From the NCBI GenBank assembly GCA_002269645.1, contig NIVC01000903.1, forward strand, positions 486,885-550,884: a DNA stretch of 64,000 nt. Reading direction: 5' to 3'. The notes beneath the pieces are model-generated. The model was not told the origin of the DNA and did no database searches. It saw only the letters and a program-made list of their open reading frames with translations. Below, one piece after another: positions 1-12,065 of the stretch; positions within the stretch are counted from its first letter, which is position 1, and every line of letters starts with the position of its first letter. A program made the position numbers and the translations under genes. This DNA comes from Macrostomum lignano. Taxonomy: Eukaryota.

Positions 1-1786
1 GAGATTTACATTTTTCTTGAGCTTTTTAAAGTTCTTTTTCAGTGGTACAAAACTAGGTCTATCAATTAGTAAGACAACCCATGTCTAAAAAGAAGCCTGT
101 TTACTAGTGGCAAAAAGACATGTCTTTATACTACTTGTCAAATTGTTAACTGGGTAATTGTATTACTGCGGGACCAGGATCCCAACCCTAAAAAACACGA
201 GAAACGGGAATAGGTCTTTTGATCAAAAGTTTATAGAATTAGTAATTACTTAAATGTATTTTGGTTTTAACTTGTATTCATTACATTATTACTTTGTTTG
301 GTACAAAACTTTGCATCAATTTTGTTGTGTTTTACTTTTGATCTTGACAGTTTTGCTCAATTTTGTTTAACTTTATATGGACCTATAAACTAAATTAATA
401 CTAAATTACAACAAAATATAAAATTGTTTAAAAATGATAAATAATCACCTAACTCACCTTAAAAAATCACAAAAAAATTTTTTTGTAAAAATTTCCATTC
501 TCTATACACATTTGGCACCAAAGACAAAGTAACTATATTTAAAAATGAGATCAATTTGCCAATTGCAAATACTGATAGGCCTATCCCTACCAAATAGTCA
601 TTTTGTCAACCATTTGAAAAATGCCACACTTAGAGACACGGTGACCATGTTTATAATGTAGAAACTTATAGACACAGTGGCCATGTCTAATAATGACTGG
701 GTCTATACTAGCCATTGTGTCTATAAGTATAGACCTAATCACTATTACAGACAGGGTCGCCATGTCAATGAAACTTGTATGGCAGCAGTATTGTTAATAT
801 TGAATGGGTTCACACTTAGAGACATAGTGGGTGGCTGTGTCTCTAATATTGGAACTTATACTTATATTATAGGCATAGCTACCATGCTATATAAATAATC
901 ATCAATTAGATGAAAAGATTAATTGATTGAAAAGCTAGAGTTTTTTATTTGAATTTTTTTAAATTAAATCAAATTTAATTTTTAAGAGTAGTCTAACACA
1001 AAATTGTGACGTTGCTAGTTTAAGTGGTCCCGCAAAAGGGCCATTGGACTATAGTTTCCCTTGCAATTTCTCATATTAATTTCTCCAATAGTTTATTTTA
1101 ACGTTTACTTATAGTAGCGTGCAAATAATCTGTATCAACTGCTAATTCACTGTGTATTTGATAGACCTTGCGCCTGTCTGTGAATTTTGGCACAATCGAT
1201 AATTTCAAGTTCTCTCGCCAGCCAATGAAAACTCTCCGTGTTTTACGCTACCCCCCTTTTGCGCTCTTTATTAACCCTTGCCTGGCAGGCTGGGGGTTTC
1301 ACTCGTCCCTGTTCTTGTGTTCGGTGTTCTCTCTCCTTAGGCTTGTTCTCCGTCCCGTCTGGCTTGCCTAGCCTTGTCTAGCCTTGTTTTCCTTCTCTCT
1401 ATCTGGCTGCCTCGAGCCTCCTTATCTCACGCCACGGCTGACGCCAACCTCGCCACTGCTCATCTGCCTGCCTACTGCCTCTCACTGCCTTCACTGTGCT
1501 CATTGCCATTGCTCATCACGTTACGTCGCCATTGCATCATTCGTCTGCCACTTGACTTCACATTCAATTTATCTTCAAAAACCATTGTTGCAGCTGCCAG
1601 TGAGTGCCCAGAAAGCTATAGTTTGTGTATTGACAGTAATAACCAAGCCTAATATTGATACTACCAATAAAAACAACTACGGCAGTTCCTGCCTTTATTG
1701 CCAAGTGCTCCGCTACAAAATCCGCTTTACAAGAGTTGACTTCAACTTATTTTGAGACTACGACTCACTACAACTCTCGTCAAAAC

Positions 1787-1802
1787 GGCCCTTTTAAGGG
1801 TC
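1787..1802 (+). other. Histone-type 3' stem-loop-like sequence
   Basis: aaaacGGCCCT TTTA AGGGTC versus the metazoan consensus GGCYCT TTTC AGRGCC. No histone ORF upstream. Confidence 0.35.
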
Positions 1803-2061
1803 ATAGCCATAGTTAGCTGCTACGCCAATAACGTGACAAAATCATTTTAAAGTGTGGCCATGATAATATATATATAGCTATTGAAAAAGAAATATTTTTT
1901 TCTATATATATTGACCACACTTTAAAATTTAGTATTAGGGGCCTACTCTTATTAAAAAAATTAATTTAGGCCTAATTTATTATTTCATTTAAATGAAGAA
2001 ACTTAAAAAGTTCAAGACACAAAAATTTCTATTTGCTTAAAAAAATTCAAATAAAAAAAAA

Positions 2062-2138
2062 CTCCAACCACTTGGGATTCAAACCTTGCTACATGTAATT
2101 ACAACTACAAGGCAACTGTCTTATCCACTAAGCCACCA
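2062..2138 (-). mobile_element. Degenerate tRNA-derived SINE head
   Basis: The minus strand reads TGGTGGCTTAGTGG (A box) and GGTTTGAATCCC (B box). No credible cloverleaf. Confidence 0.45.
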
Positions 2139-4562
2139 ATAAATTGTGAGAGAGCCGTATAGAACACACCTTTTATATCAATGATTATAGCCATGCCTAT
2201 AAACTCAAATATTATCTAGACATAGCTGCTGTGCCTATAAGAACTCCATTTGAAAAAAATGCCAGTTAGGCCCCTACCCTAACAAAGTGACCAACATCTG
2301 AAATTTAGAATTTTCAATATTATAGGCCTAATGTATAACTTATAAGCTAGGTCTAAGCATAACAAAAATCCAAAATAGGCCTAGGCTTAGCACTTAGGTC
2401 AAGCAAAATATTAATGATAATGACACAATGTTAGTCGTTAGAGCTTAGACTCTTAGAGGTAGATGCAATGCATATTTATTAAGAAATTTGGCTTCCCAAA
2501 CAAAGATCTCCACGACCACAGACAAGTCAGGGGCGTTCAAATAGTCCTAGGCCTAATCCACTAAGGATTTCTTAATTACTCAATGCTCAACGCATGGGCG
2601 TATGGCTTTCAGTTGATTCAGTCTAGGGCCTAGCCTACGGCCTAGCCCTCGTCCAACTTTACAACTTTTTTTCATACTGAAGATTTTAAATTGACAACGT
2701 TGAATGTCTCCGAATTTATGTTATGCCTTTAGAACCTCGAGCCCAAATATATGCATCGCCTACCCACCCAATCACGCAAATGACAATTGTCAATGGTTTT
2801 TCTGTTCCATCTTCCATGACTGTACATTTTTTATTTTTTTAAAATTATTAAGACACAAGTAATGCTTTGGAAATTGTTTATAGAAAAACAACATTATTTT
2901 ATATTATGTTGCTTCTAAGTTATAAAATGATATACTTAAAAACGTTAATTACTGTTTGTGGTATTTGTTTTATTTTAATGCGTTAACGAGAACTAAAAAC
3001 ACCTTTAAATATAACTTTGATAAAAATACAAATACATTTGCATGGCATAACTCCTATTTTCTACTTAATTAGGCTAGTAGTTTGTCTTTCTCGCTTGAAA
3101 ACACTTATAGCATAGTGTTTTCGAGTGTCATGGTTTTTATTTCGGTAGATTTTTAATCAGAAAACCTGCATTGCTGAATGCAGCAATTCAGTAGAAAAGG
3201 GTTCTTGTATGGTACATTATAGGGACATAGAAATTTGGTAGCTACAGTAGCTACAGACTACAGATTATTTGAAACCTAGATGTATGTATTTGTTCATGGA
3301 GAGTAGTTAAGGGTTAGAGAGGTGGTGGATTAAGAGAGAGCAAAGTGGGGCTCTAGCCAGTCTGAAAAATTCAGATCGATGTACAAATTGTAATCACACT
3401 CAGGTCTGATGAGTCACTTTAACTAAGAGCAGCATTATGGTGCTTTAAAGAATACATCTGAGTATTTCTTAATTGATTACACATTTATTTATTGCAGCTG
3501 CTGCTGTGAGTGTATATGATGTTACTTAATTAAGAAAACAAAGTTTGACATTTTAATTGAAAAAAACACGTTTAGCTTGCAATAAAATAAAAATAACACA
3601 CTAAAGTAATAGTTTTACACGTCATACGAACATTAACCGTAGGTCAGCATGAAAGCTATATAGCAAGTGAAGATGGGCAAAGAGCTGAGAGCTGAGAAAT
3701 GGGCAAAGATGATTAAAACAGGAAGGACGAGGCATCTTGTTTATTAGATTATTTTAAGCCTCATTTTTTCCGAAAAACGACACTATTTGATTAAACGCCC
3801 ATAAAATGATAGTTTTAAAATGTACATGCTTTATCTTCTCTATCGCTTTATAGATTTTTTTAAGTCAAGCCGTTAAAACTTTTCCAAGAAATCAAGTGTT
3901 TCTATTTTCTCGATTCTATAGTGGAACATGAAAATGGGAAACTGTCAAAGAAGCAGAGTTGAGACTCAAAAAAGCAAATGAAAATAGCACTCATGTCATA
4001 CCATAAATAATGAATGCGTGTACAACAAACGAGATGCACGGATGTTTACATGTACATAAAAAACGCAATAGAAATTTGAAAACATTTGAAAAATGAAAGA
4101 AGAAGCGAGACGGAGCCAATATTAAAGAACTACATGAATGCAAACGCTAAAGCAGGCATCAGGAAGGCCGCAATGACCTCTTAGGGTTGGGCAATAGAGT
4201 AAATACAATGAAAGATTTATGCTCAAAAGCTCTCTAGCAGGGTGTAAGAGTATACTTACTTCACAGTTAAGCAAACGATTAGAAAACCACAGCTAACAAA
4301 CAATGGCTAAGAGAATTGCTGACAGAGTACAAAAGTACATTTATGATTAAATATAAATATGAACGTGCTAACTCGATACGTGTGTGACAGAAAGTTGCAG
4401 CGATTGCTTTACTGAAAAATTTGTTCTAATTTTTCTTACGCTATAGAATCAGATAAGAGGATCGTATACTGGGTCCAAAAAATTTGAACGGGAAGAGGGC
4501 CACAGGAATTAAAAAACTGAAACATAAGGCTGCTTTGCTTTATCAAAGGACAGGAAGAAGAG

Positions 4563-5117
4563 TTAGCGGCGCTACATTGAGAGACCGGAAGTGAACTAAG
4601 CGGCGCTAAATTGAAGGAACGGAAGTGAGCTTAGCACCGCTACATTGAGGAACCGGAAGTAAGCTTAGCACCGCTGCATTGAGAGACCGAAAGTGAATTT
4701 AGCGGCGCTAAATTGAGGGACCGGAAGTGAGCTAAACAACGCTACATTGAGGGACCGAAAGTACATTTAGTGGCGCTACATTGAAGAACCATAAGTGAAT
4801 TTAGTGGCGTTACATTGAGGGACCAGAAGTAAATTTAGTGGCACTACATTGAGGGACCGGAAGTGAACTAAGCGACGCTACATTGAGGGACCGGAAGTGA
4901 ACTAAGCGACGCTACATTGAGGGACCGAAAGTAAATTTAGTGGCGCTACATTGAGAGACCGAAAGTGAAATTAGTGGCGCTACATTGAGGGACCGAAAGT
5001 GAATACAGCGGCTCTACATTAAAGGACCGGAAGTGAGCTTAGCAGCGCTACATTGAGAGACCGGAAGTGAGCTTAGCACCGCTACATTAAAAGACCGGAA
5101 GTGAACCTGGTGGCGCT
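4563..5117. repeat. 34-bp minisatellite, about 16 copies
   Basis: Unit ttagcggcgctacattgagggaccggaagtgaac, downstream of the DCAF6 stop codon. Confidence 0.95.
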
Positions 5118-5259
5118 CCTCATGAGCAATGATAGCAGCTTTAGCCCGCTTAGCCTAAACTCACACTGGATACGCCACTAATTCTTCAAAAATGCTACTT
5201 TATTCCACATTCTCATTGCATAAAAGTACAATTGGCTGCATCATGGTTCAAGTTATCAA

Positions 5260-8200
5260 TCACTGCGCATCGTGGGAATAGAGCCTAGACAGAGTCCGCA
5301 TGATAGATAGCATAGCGCTGCCAGGCACAGTCACTGTGTTCATAGTCTGCGCTAGCATGGCCTGATTTCGCTTAACCAAACCGGCCAAATCATTATTAGC
5401 CGAAGTTAGCGACTTTTCACCGCCGGCTATTGGCGACCAGAGCTTCACGTCGTAGTCGATGCCGCTGGTTGCCAGGTAGAGCAGGCTGGGATGCGGCGCC
5501 ACCCGATTCACCACCCGCTTGTCGGCCAGGCAGGCGTTCAATAGGCGGCCATCGCTGGCGCGCCAGACCAGAAAGTGTCCGCAATCGCTGCCGGACAGGA
5601 CATAATTGGAGCCCCAGAATGCCGCCTGTTGGATGCAGGTGCGCGCGTTCCGGTGGCCCTGGAACACCCGGCACACCGGATAGCTTGGATAGTCGGTCGC
5701 CGATTCCACTTGCGAGCCGCTGTCGGCCAGGCCGCGGCGATTTGACTGACATGGAGCGGCGCGGGTGGCGGCGGAGTTAGCAGGGACTGAGGCTACGGAA
5801 GCGGCGGAGGCGGCGCCAGCTCCATTGCTGCTTGAATTCGACAGCTCGTGCGGTTCCGACGAAGGCGCCGGCGTCGGAGGCTCGGAGTGGCGCTGTCGAA
5901 CTGCGGGCACCTCGTCAGAGGTGTCATCGCTGTCCTCTGGCAGCGGCGGGTTCTGGCCCTCCTGGTCCATCGGCTGCTCGGACGCTGCAGCGCCGGCCGG
6001 ATTTCGCTGTCGATTGAGCTGGTAGGCCCGCATCATGAACTGCCCGAGGCGCTCGCTGTAGTCGCCTGAGCCGCGGGCGACGCCGCCATCGTTGCCGCCA
6101 CCGTCTCCGCTGCCACTGCCACCACCGCCGCTGCCGCCTCCTTCAGTTGAAGACGACGGCGGCTCGGAGCCCGGCCCGGTGTCGGACCAGTCGCCGCGGA
6201 AGCGAAACACGATTCGACCTGACGAGTCCTCGGCTGGAACGGCGTCGGTTGGCAGCGGGCCGCCGTGCAGCGGATCGCAGCCGGCGTTGGGCGCGGCGGT
6301 CAGTTGCGACTGAGGCACAGTCTGCTTGATGTCGAACAGGTAGAGACTGCCGCCATTGTAGGAGGCCAGCAGCTGGGTTGCACTCGGATTAAAGCTTAGG
6401 CTGGTAACGCGAACAAGTCGCTTTGAGCTGAGCACTTCAACAGGTTTGGACTGGCTGACCCAGCGACCGTAGCCGATGCAGCGCCGATCATATTCGCCAA
6501 TGTAGCCGTCCTTGTCGGCCACGAATAGCCGCTCTCTGGCCAGCGGGTGGACGGCGGCTGCCGTGTAGCCATAGTAGCTGGGTTGTGAGGTGGGCCGGGG
6601 CTGGCGAGCATCGGTCAGAGAGCATCAGTGAGCATCAGTCAGTGAGCATCAGTCAGTAAGCATCAGTCAGTGAGCATCAGTCAGTGAGCATCAGTGAGCA
6701 TCAGTCAGTGAGCATCAGTCAGTAAGCATCAGTCAGTAAGCATCAGTCAGTGAGCATCAGTGAGCATCAGTCAGTGAGCATCAGTCAGTGAGCATCAGTC
6801 AGTAAGCATCAGTCAGTGAGCATCAGTCAGTGAGCATCAGTCAGTGAGCATCAGTGAGCATCAGTCAGTGAGCATCAGTGAGCATCAGTCAGTGAGCATC
6901 AGTCAGTGAGCATCAGTCAGTGAGCATCAGTCAGTGAGCATCAGTCAGTGCGCATCAGTCAGTGAGCATCAGTCAGTGAGCATCAGTCAGTGAGCATCAG
7001 TCAGTGAGCATCAGTCAGTAAGCATCAGTCAGTGAGCATCAGTCAGTGAGCATCAGTCAGTGAGCATCAGTGAGCATCAGTCAGTGAGCATCAGTGAGCA
7101 TCAGTCAGTGAGCATCAGTCAGTGAGCATCAGTCAGTGAGCATCAGTGAGCATCAGTCAGTAAGCATCAGTCAGTGAGCATCAGTGAGCATCAGTCAGTG
7201 AGCATCAGTCAGTGAGCATCAGTCAGTGCGCATCAGTCAGTGAGCATCAGTCAGTGAGCATCAGTCAGTGAGCATCAGTCAGTGAGCATCAGTGAGCATC
7301 AGTCAGTGAGCATCAGTGAGCATCAGTCAGTGCGCATCAGTCAGTGAGCATCAGTTAGTGAGCATCAGTCAGTGAGCATCAATCAGTGAGCATCAGTGAG
7401 CATCAGTGAGCATCAGTGAGCATCAGTCAGTGAGCATCAGTCAGTGAGCATCAGTCAGTGAGCATCAGTGAGCATCAGTCAGTAAGCATCAGTCAGTGAG
7501 CATCAGTGAGCATCAGTCAGTGAGCATCAGTCAGTGAGCATCAGTCAGTGAGCATCAGTCAGTGAGCATCAGTCAGTGAGCATCAGTCAGTGAGCATCAG
7601 TCAGTGAGCATCAGTCAGTGAGCATCAGTCAGTGAGCATCAGTCAGTGAGCATCAGTCAGTGAGCATCAGTCAGTGAGCATCAGTCAGTGAGCATCAGTC
7701 AGTGAGCATCAGTCAGTGAGCATCAGTCAGTGAGCATCAGTCAGTGAGCATCAGTCAGTGAGCATCAGTCAGTGAGCATCAGTCAGTGAGCATCAGTCAG
7801 TGAGCATCAGTCAGTGAGCATCAGTCAGTGAGCATCAGTGAGCATCAGTCAGTGAGCATCAGTGAGCATCAGTCAGTGCGCATCAGTCAGTGAGCATCAG
7901 TTAGTGAGCATCAGTCAGTGAGCATCAATCAGTGAGCATCAGTGAGCATCAGTGAGCATCAGTGAGCATCAGTCAGTGAGCATCAGTCAGTGAGCATCAG
8001 TCAGTGAGCATCAGTCAGTGAGCATCAGTCAGTGAGCATCAGTCAGTGAGCATCAGTCAGTGAGCATCAGTGAGCATCAGTCAGTGAGCATCAGTCAGAG
8101 AGCATCAGTCAGTGAGCATCAGTGAGCATCAGTCAGTGAGCATCAGTCAGTGAGCATCAGTCAGTGCGCATCAGTCAGTGAGCATCAGTTAGTGAGCATC

Positions 8201-10116
8201 AGTCAGTGAGCATCAATCAGTGAGCATCAGTGAGCATCAGTGAGCATCAGTGAGCATCAGTCAGTGAGCATCAGTCAGTGAGCATCAGTCAGTGAGCATC
8301 AGTCAGTGAGCATCAGTCAGTGAGCATCAATCAGTGAGCATCAGTGAGCATCAGTGAGCATCAGTCAGTGAGCATCAGTCAGTAAGCATCAGTCAGTGAG
8401 CATCAGTCAGTGAGCATCAGTGAGCATCAGTCAGTGAGCATCAGTCAGTAAGCATCAGTCAGTGAGCATCAGTCAGTGAGCATCAGTCAGTGAGCATCAG
8501 TCAGTGAGCATCAGTCAGTGAGCATCAGTAAAAGGTCACGAGTTGCGTTCTCACCGGCAGTGCTTGTTGGTGAGCAGCACAACATGCCTGGAGTCGGGCT
8601 GGCGCACATCGAACTGTCTGAGAGTGCCGTCGGCGCTAACGCTAAGAAACAGGTCGGCCTCAGTGGGGCTGGTGACAATGTCGAACACGGTGGCCCTGTG
8701 ACAGGCGTAGGAGCGAACATTGCCACCATCGTTGCTGGCCTGGCCAAGGTCGATCAAGTTGATTTTGCCGTCGCCAGCTGCCGATAAAATTTTTAGATCA
8801 TCTGACATTGGCAGGAATTTTGAGCTGAATATGTTCGCCCGGTGGCCAGATGCAATTGAGTGAGACTCGGCCTGGTTAATTTCAAGTATTCAGGCATAAT
8901 TTCATTTGTAGCTACTTATCAGTAGTGTGCTGGGCAAAGATGGGCAAAGACATGCAGGCCTGGACCCTATTCATACAATGAGATGCAGTGCTATCTATAT
9001 ATAAGCCTTTGGATACAATTACTCAAGATTTCACTACATTCTTCTGCAGCAACCAAAACACCTGCTTTCATTACCAAATGCCCTGTTCTGTTTGCCATTA
9101 TTTTGCAATGCAAAGCAATGTTCCAAATTCAACCTGCATGCATGCAATAGTTTTGGATTTGTTTAGTTTTGATACTAAAAACCATGGTTGGGAAAGATTT
9201 TAATCTCTTTCTAAAATAGACAGGAGCTACAGGGTATTAATCAGATAGTTAAAGGCTTAAGAAATATTAACTAGAGAAAAAAGTCAAATAAAAGTCTAAT
9301 GGAAATTGTAAAACATCTCAATAATTGTTAAAATGGTTTATGACTTATTGAAAGCAACTTAGCTTACCAAATGACTAAATGGAGATGTTATAGCAACATT
9401 GCGATCATCTGAGCCAGACAATAAGTAGCGCCCATTAGAGCTCCAACACACTGAATTAACCTACAAAAATGAAAAGGAAAATTCTTGATGATGATGACTA
9501 TGATGACTAATAGTCATCAAGTTTTTTAAAGATATACAATAGAATTAAAGAACTCACACAACCAGAATGCACAGGAAGAATTTTTTCCAATGATAGTCGT
9601 ATTACACTCCATTCAAAGTCTAAAAAGGTTAGAAAATGTTTAAATGTTTATGTTCTTTATTAAACTTTTACTATATTATATTTATTTCCAATAATGCAAT
9701 ATTGGTCTCATTCTGTATAATCATAATTATCATACATAGTTTATTTTAAAACTATCTTATAAGTAAAGGTTTATTACAGAAGAAAAACAAAATGCTTAGA
9801 TAGAGCAGACTTAGAGCAGAATACTAAAAGCAAAAAAATAGTTGTTAGTAAATAGCTAAGTTATAAGTTACAACTGATATAAGGGTGCAAAACACAGTGG
9901 CACAGTCGGAAATTTTTTTGGGGGGCCCATTCAGGGGAGGGGGAATTTTGCCAGGCCCCGCACCCCCCTGGCTGTGCCACAGGCAAAACAATCAATTCAA
10001 CTTCTTCTCTAAAGCTATCAACATTTTTGGAGTAATTATTTACCTTTGAAATTGCTTTTTGGAAGGTTATCAGGAAAAGTTATTCGATAGTTCAAATTTT
10101 GGTGAAAGAAAGACAT
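5260..10116 (-). CDS. DCAF6: DDB1- and CUL4-associated factor 6 (WD40); complement(join(5260..6577,8555..8871,9368..9460,9558..9619,10044..10116)), 620 aa
   Basis: All four introns are GT-AG with matching phases (1,0,0,2). The spliced protein reads MSFF..[103 protein letters not shown]. These match recalled DCAF6/IQWD1 motifs [22 protein letters not shown] and GHRN. Confidence 0.9.
6606..8529. repeat. Compound 14/10-bp tandem array (GAGCATCAGT[CAGT])n filling DCAF6 intron 4
   Basis: Directly visible; about 1.9 kb of the 1977-nt intron. Confidence 0.98.
9895..9982. mobile_element. 88-bp hAT-type micro-MITE in DCAF6 intron 1
   Basis: 11-bp TIR CAGTGGCACAG/CTGTGCCACAG and exact 8-bp TSD GCAAAACA (9887-94, 9983-90). 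Confidence 0.75.
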
Positions 10117-11583
10117 TTTTAAAGTTCACAAAATGTCTAAAATAGATCTGCAAATAAAGTCCCCCCCCCTAGTAATGATTTAGCAAAAAACAAACGAGTA
10201 AAAAGTAATCAATTAAAATTAAAAATTCTACGGTTACAAACGTCATTTGCTTTGTGAAGCAAACAAAACTTTAGGCAAAGCAAGTTCTACTTTGCCAGTT
10301 TGCTGAAAATTAATTTGATCTCGGTTAAGCGAACGTTTTGTAGAAAAAAAGTATTCAAATTTTTTGGTCATTTTCGTAATGTAAAATATACTCCACGGCT
10401 CGTTTTTATACATAAATATTATTCAATTCAAAATTAATTATTTAACTTTTTGCAAAATTTCTCCTTAATTTAAATATATAGTTATACTTAATACATTTGT
10501 ACGATCTAATTTTACGAGGTAAAACCTATTTTGAAATCATTCAACAGTCCGTCAATTTAAATTTTTGTTTGGCTTTTTCGTTTTAAAGAAGTTAAGTAGA
10601 CATATACTTCTTTAGCATGTTTAGCATTTAAAATTTCGACATTCGAGTGTTATAACTACAGTACAGGCAACATGAATATGAGTATAATGTATATAATGTA
10701 TAATGTATAATGTAATTATATCTGTATTGGTGGTAAACTTACTGTAGTCTGTAATTGTAATGTGTACTGTACAATATTAGCTAGGCGGCTAACTTTGGCT
10801 CCCTAAGCAGATTAAGATGTAGCCTATTACATTTTTATGTGGTGGGTAAGGCTATAGTAGGCCTATAAAACACATGCATAGCAATATAGATTAAGAGGGT
10901 ATTAGAGCCCAGAGGTTAGTTGCAAGATGTTAGATGGGACATTTTTCTATCTATAGGCCTAGGCCTAAAATGCCTGAAAACTTTAAGCTTTATGTATGAG
11001 TATGACATTGGCATAAATAGATAACAGATTTGGCTATAGGCTAGGGGCCTATCTCTTAGTCCATGACTCTACTATCTTATGTTATTATCCCTTGTTCTTA
11101 GGCCTAGGCCTAGCTGTTATTTTATTGGCCTATAGAGGGCCTACCTCTTAATTTTGTATCAATTTTTTTAGGCAGTCATTATTTGCATAGTAGGCCTACT
11201 GTGTAAATATAGCTAGTGTTATTTACAAATTATTTACAAAAGTAACTAAAATAAATGGGCCTACATTAGCCTAAGGCCCCATAAATAGTTATTTTATCAA
11301 GGACTAATCAATATTTGATCCTTGTATCTTTTATTTTCAATATGAGTTTAAACTAACTAAAGCTAGGCCTTAGTAAAATAGAGTTTAAACATAATTTATG
11401 TTTATAGCTTAGCATTAGCTTAGCATAGCTTAGCTTAGCTAGCCTAGCTTAGTATACTTAAAAAACAAATAAAAGATGCAACTTATTTGCCTTTAAAATA
11501 AATGGATTTGTGGTCAGTCAAATATAACTTGATTAGGCCTATTCTCTTATAGCCATAGTTAGGAAGATAGCCTTTTTTTACAG

Positions 11584-11818
11584 ATAATTCCAGTGCAAAA
11601 AAGGGTTGGGTATGTTATATTGAAGCATTCTGGCACAATAGTAGGCAAGGGAAAAATTTCATTATTTTGGTTAACAATCACCTTAACTTAAATAGTGATG
11701 ATCCCTCAAACAATGACAATCACTACTGAAAACAGTTGTAAAACATAAAACCCAATGGTGGTTTCCAATGAAATGAAATTGAATGTTGGCAAATTGACTT
11801 TGTTTATTTCAAATGATG
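11584..11818 (+). other. Candidate 5'-UTR/start exon of the phosphatase, ending ATG ATG|GTAAG
   Basis: Acceptor ttttttacag| at 11583 and strong phase-0 donor G|GTAAG at 11818/11819. It joins in frame to GDPESL (17496) and has an in-frame TGA just upstream. No homology support. Confidence 0.4.
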
Positions 11819-12065
11819 GTAAGACTATTATAGCTTATATTTCACTTTTAGTTTACAATCATCTATATGTATGTTACTATTAAAATGATTGCAAACCAAA
11901 GTTGGCTATAGGAAAGCCCATTAAATAATTTTAATTATAAAGTCGCAAGTTTGAACTAGCAGCTTATATATACAATGTGTATTCAAAAAGTTCTTTTCGA
12001 TGCCCTACAAAACTGAACACAAAACAACTGGAACTATGAAAACACTATTAGATTGTTTAATTCTG

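Noticed and set aside
167-1035. DNA transposon bounded by TGCGGGACCA / TGGTCCCGCA
   Set aside because: Only a 10-bp inverted match and no TSD found. Internal degenerate repeats (626-830) hint at a TE, but the boundaries cannot be supported.
2062-2138. tRNA gene (likewise 20066, 29775, 30222)
   Set aside because: A and B boxes are present but there is no acceptor/anticodon cloverleaf. Better explained as SINE heads.
10940-11110. Interstitial telomere repeats (TTAGGC-like)
   Set aside because: The motifs are isolated palindromes (TAGGCCTA), not tandem telomeric units.
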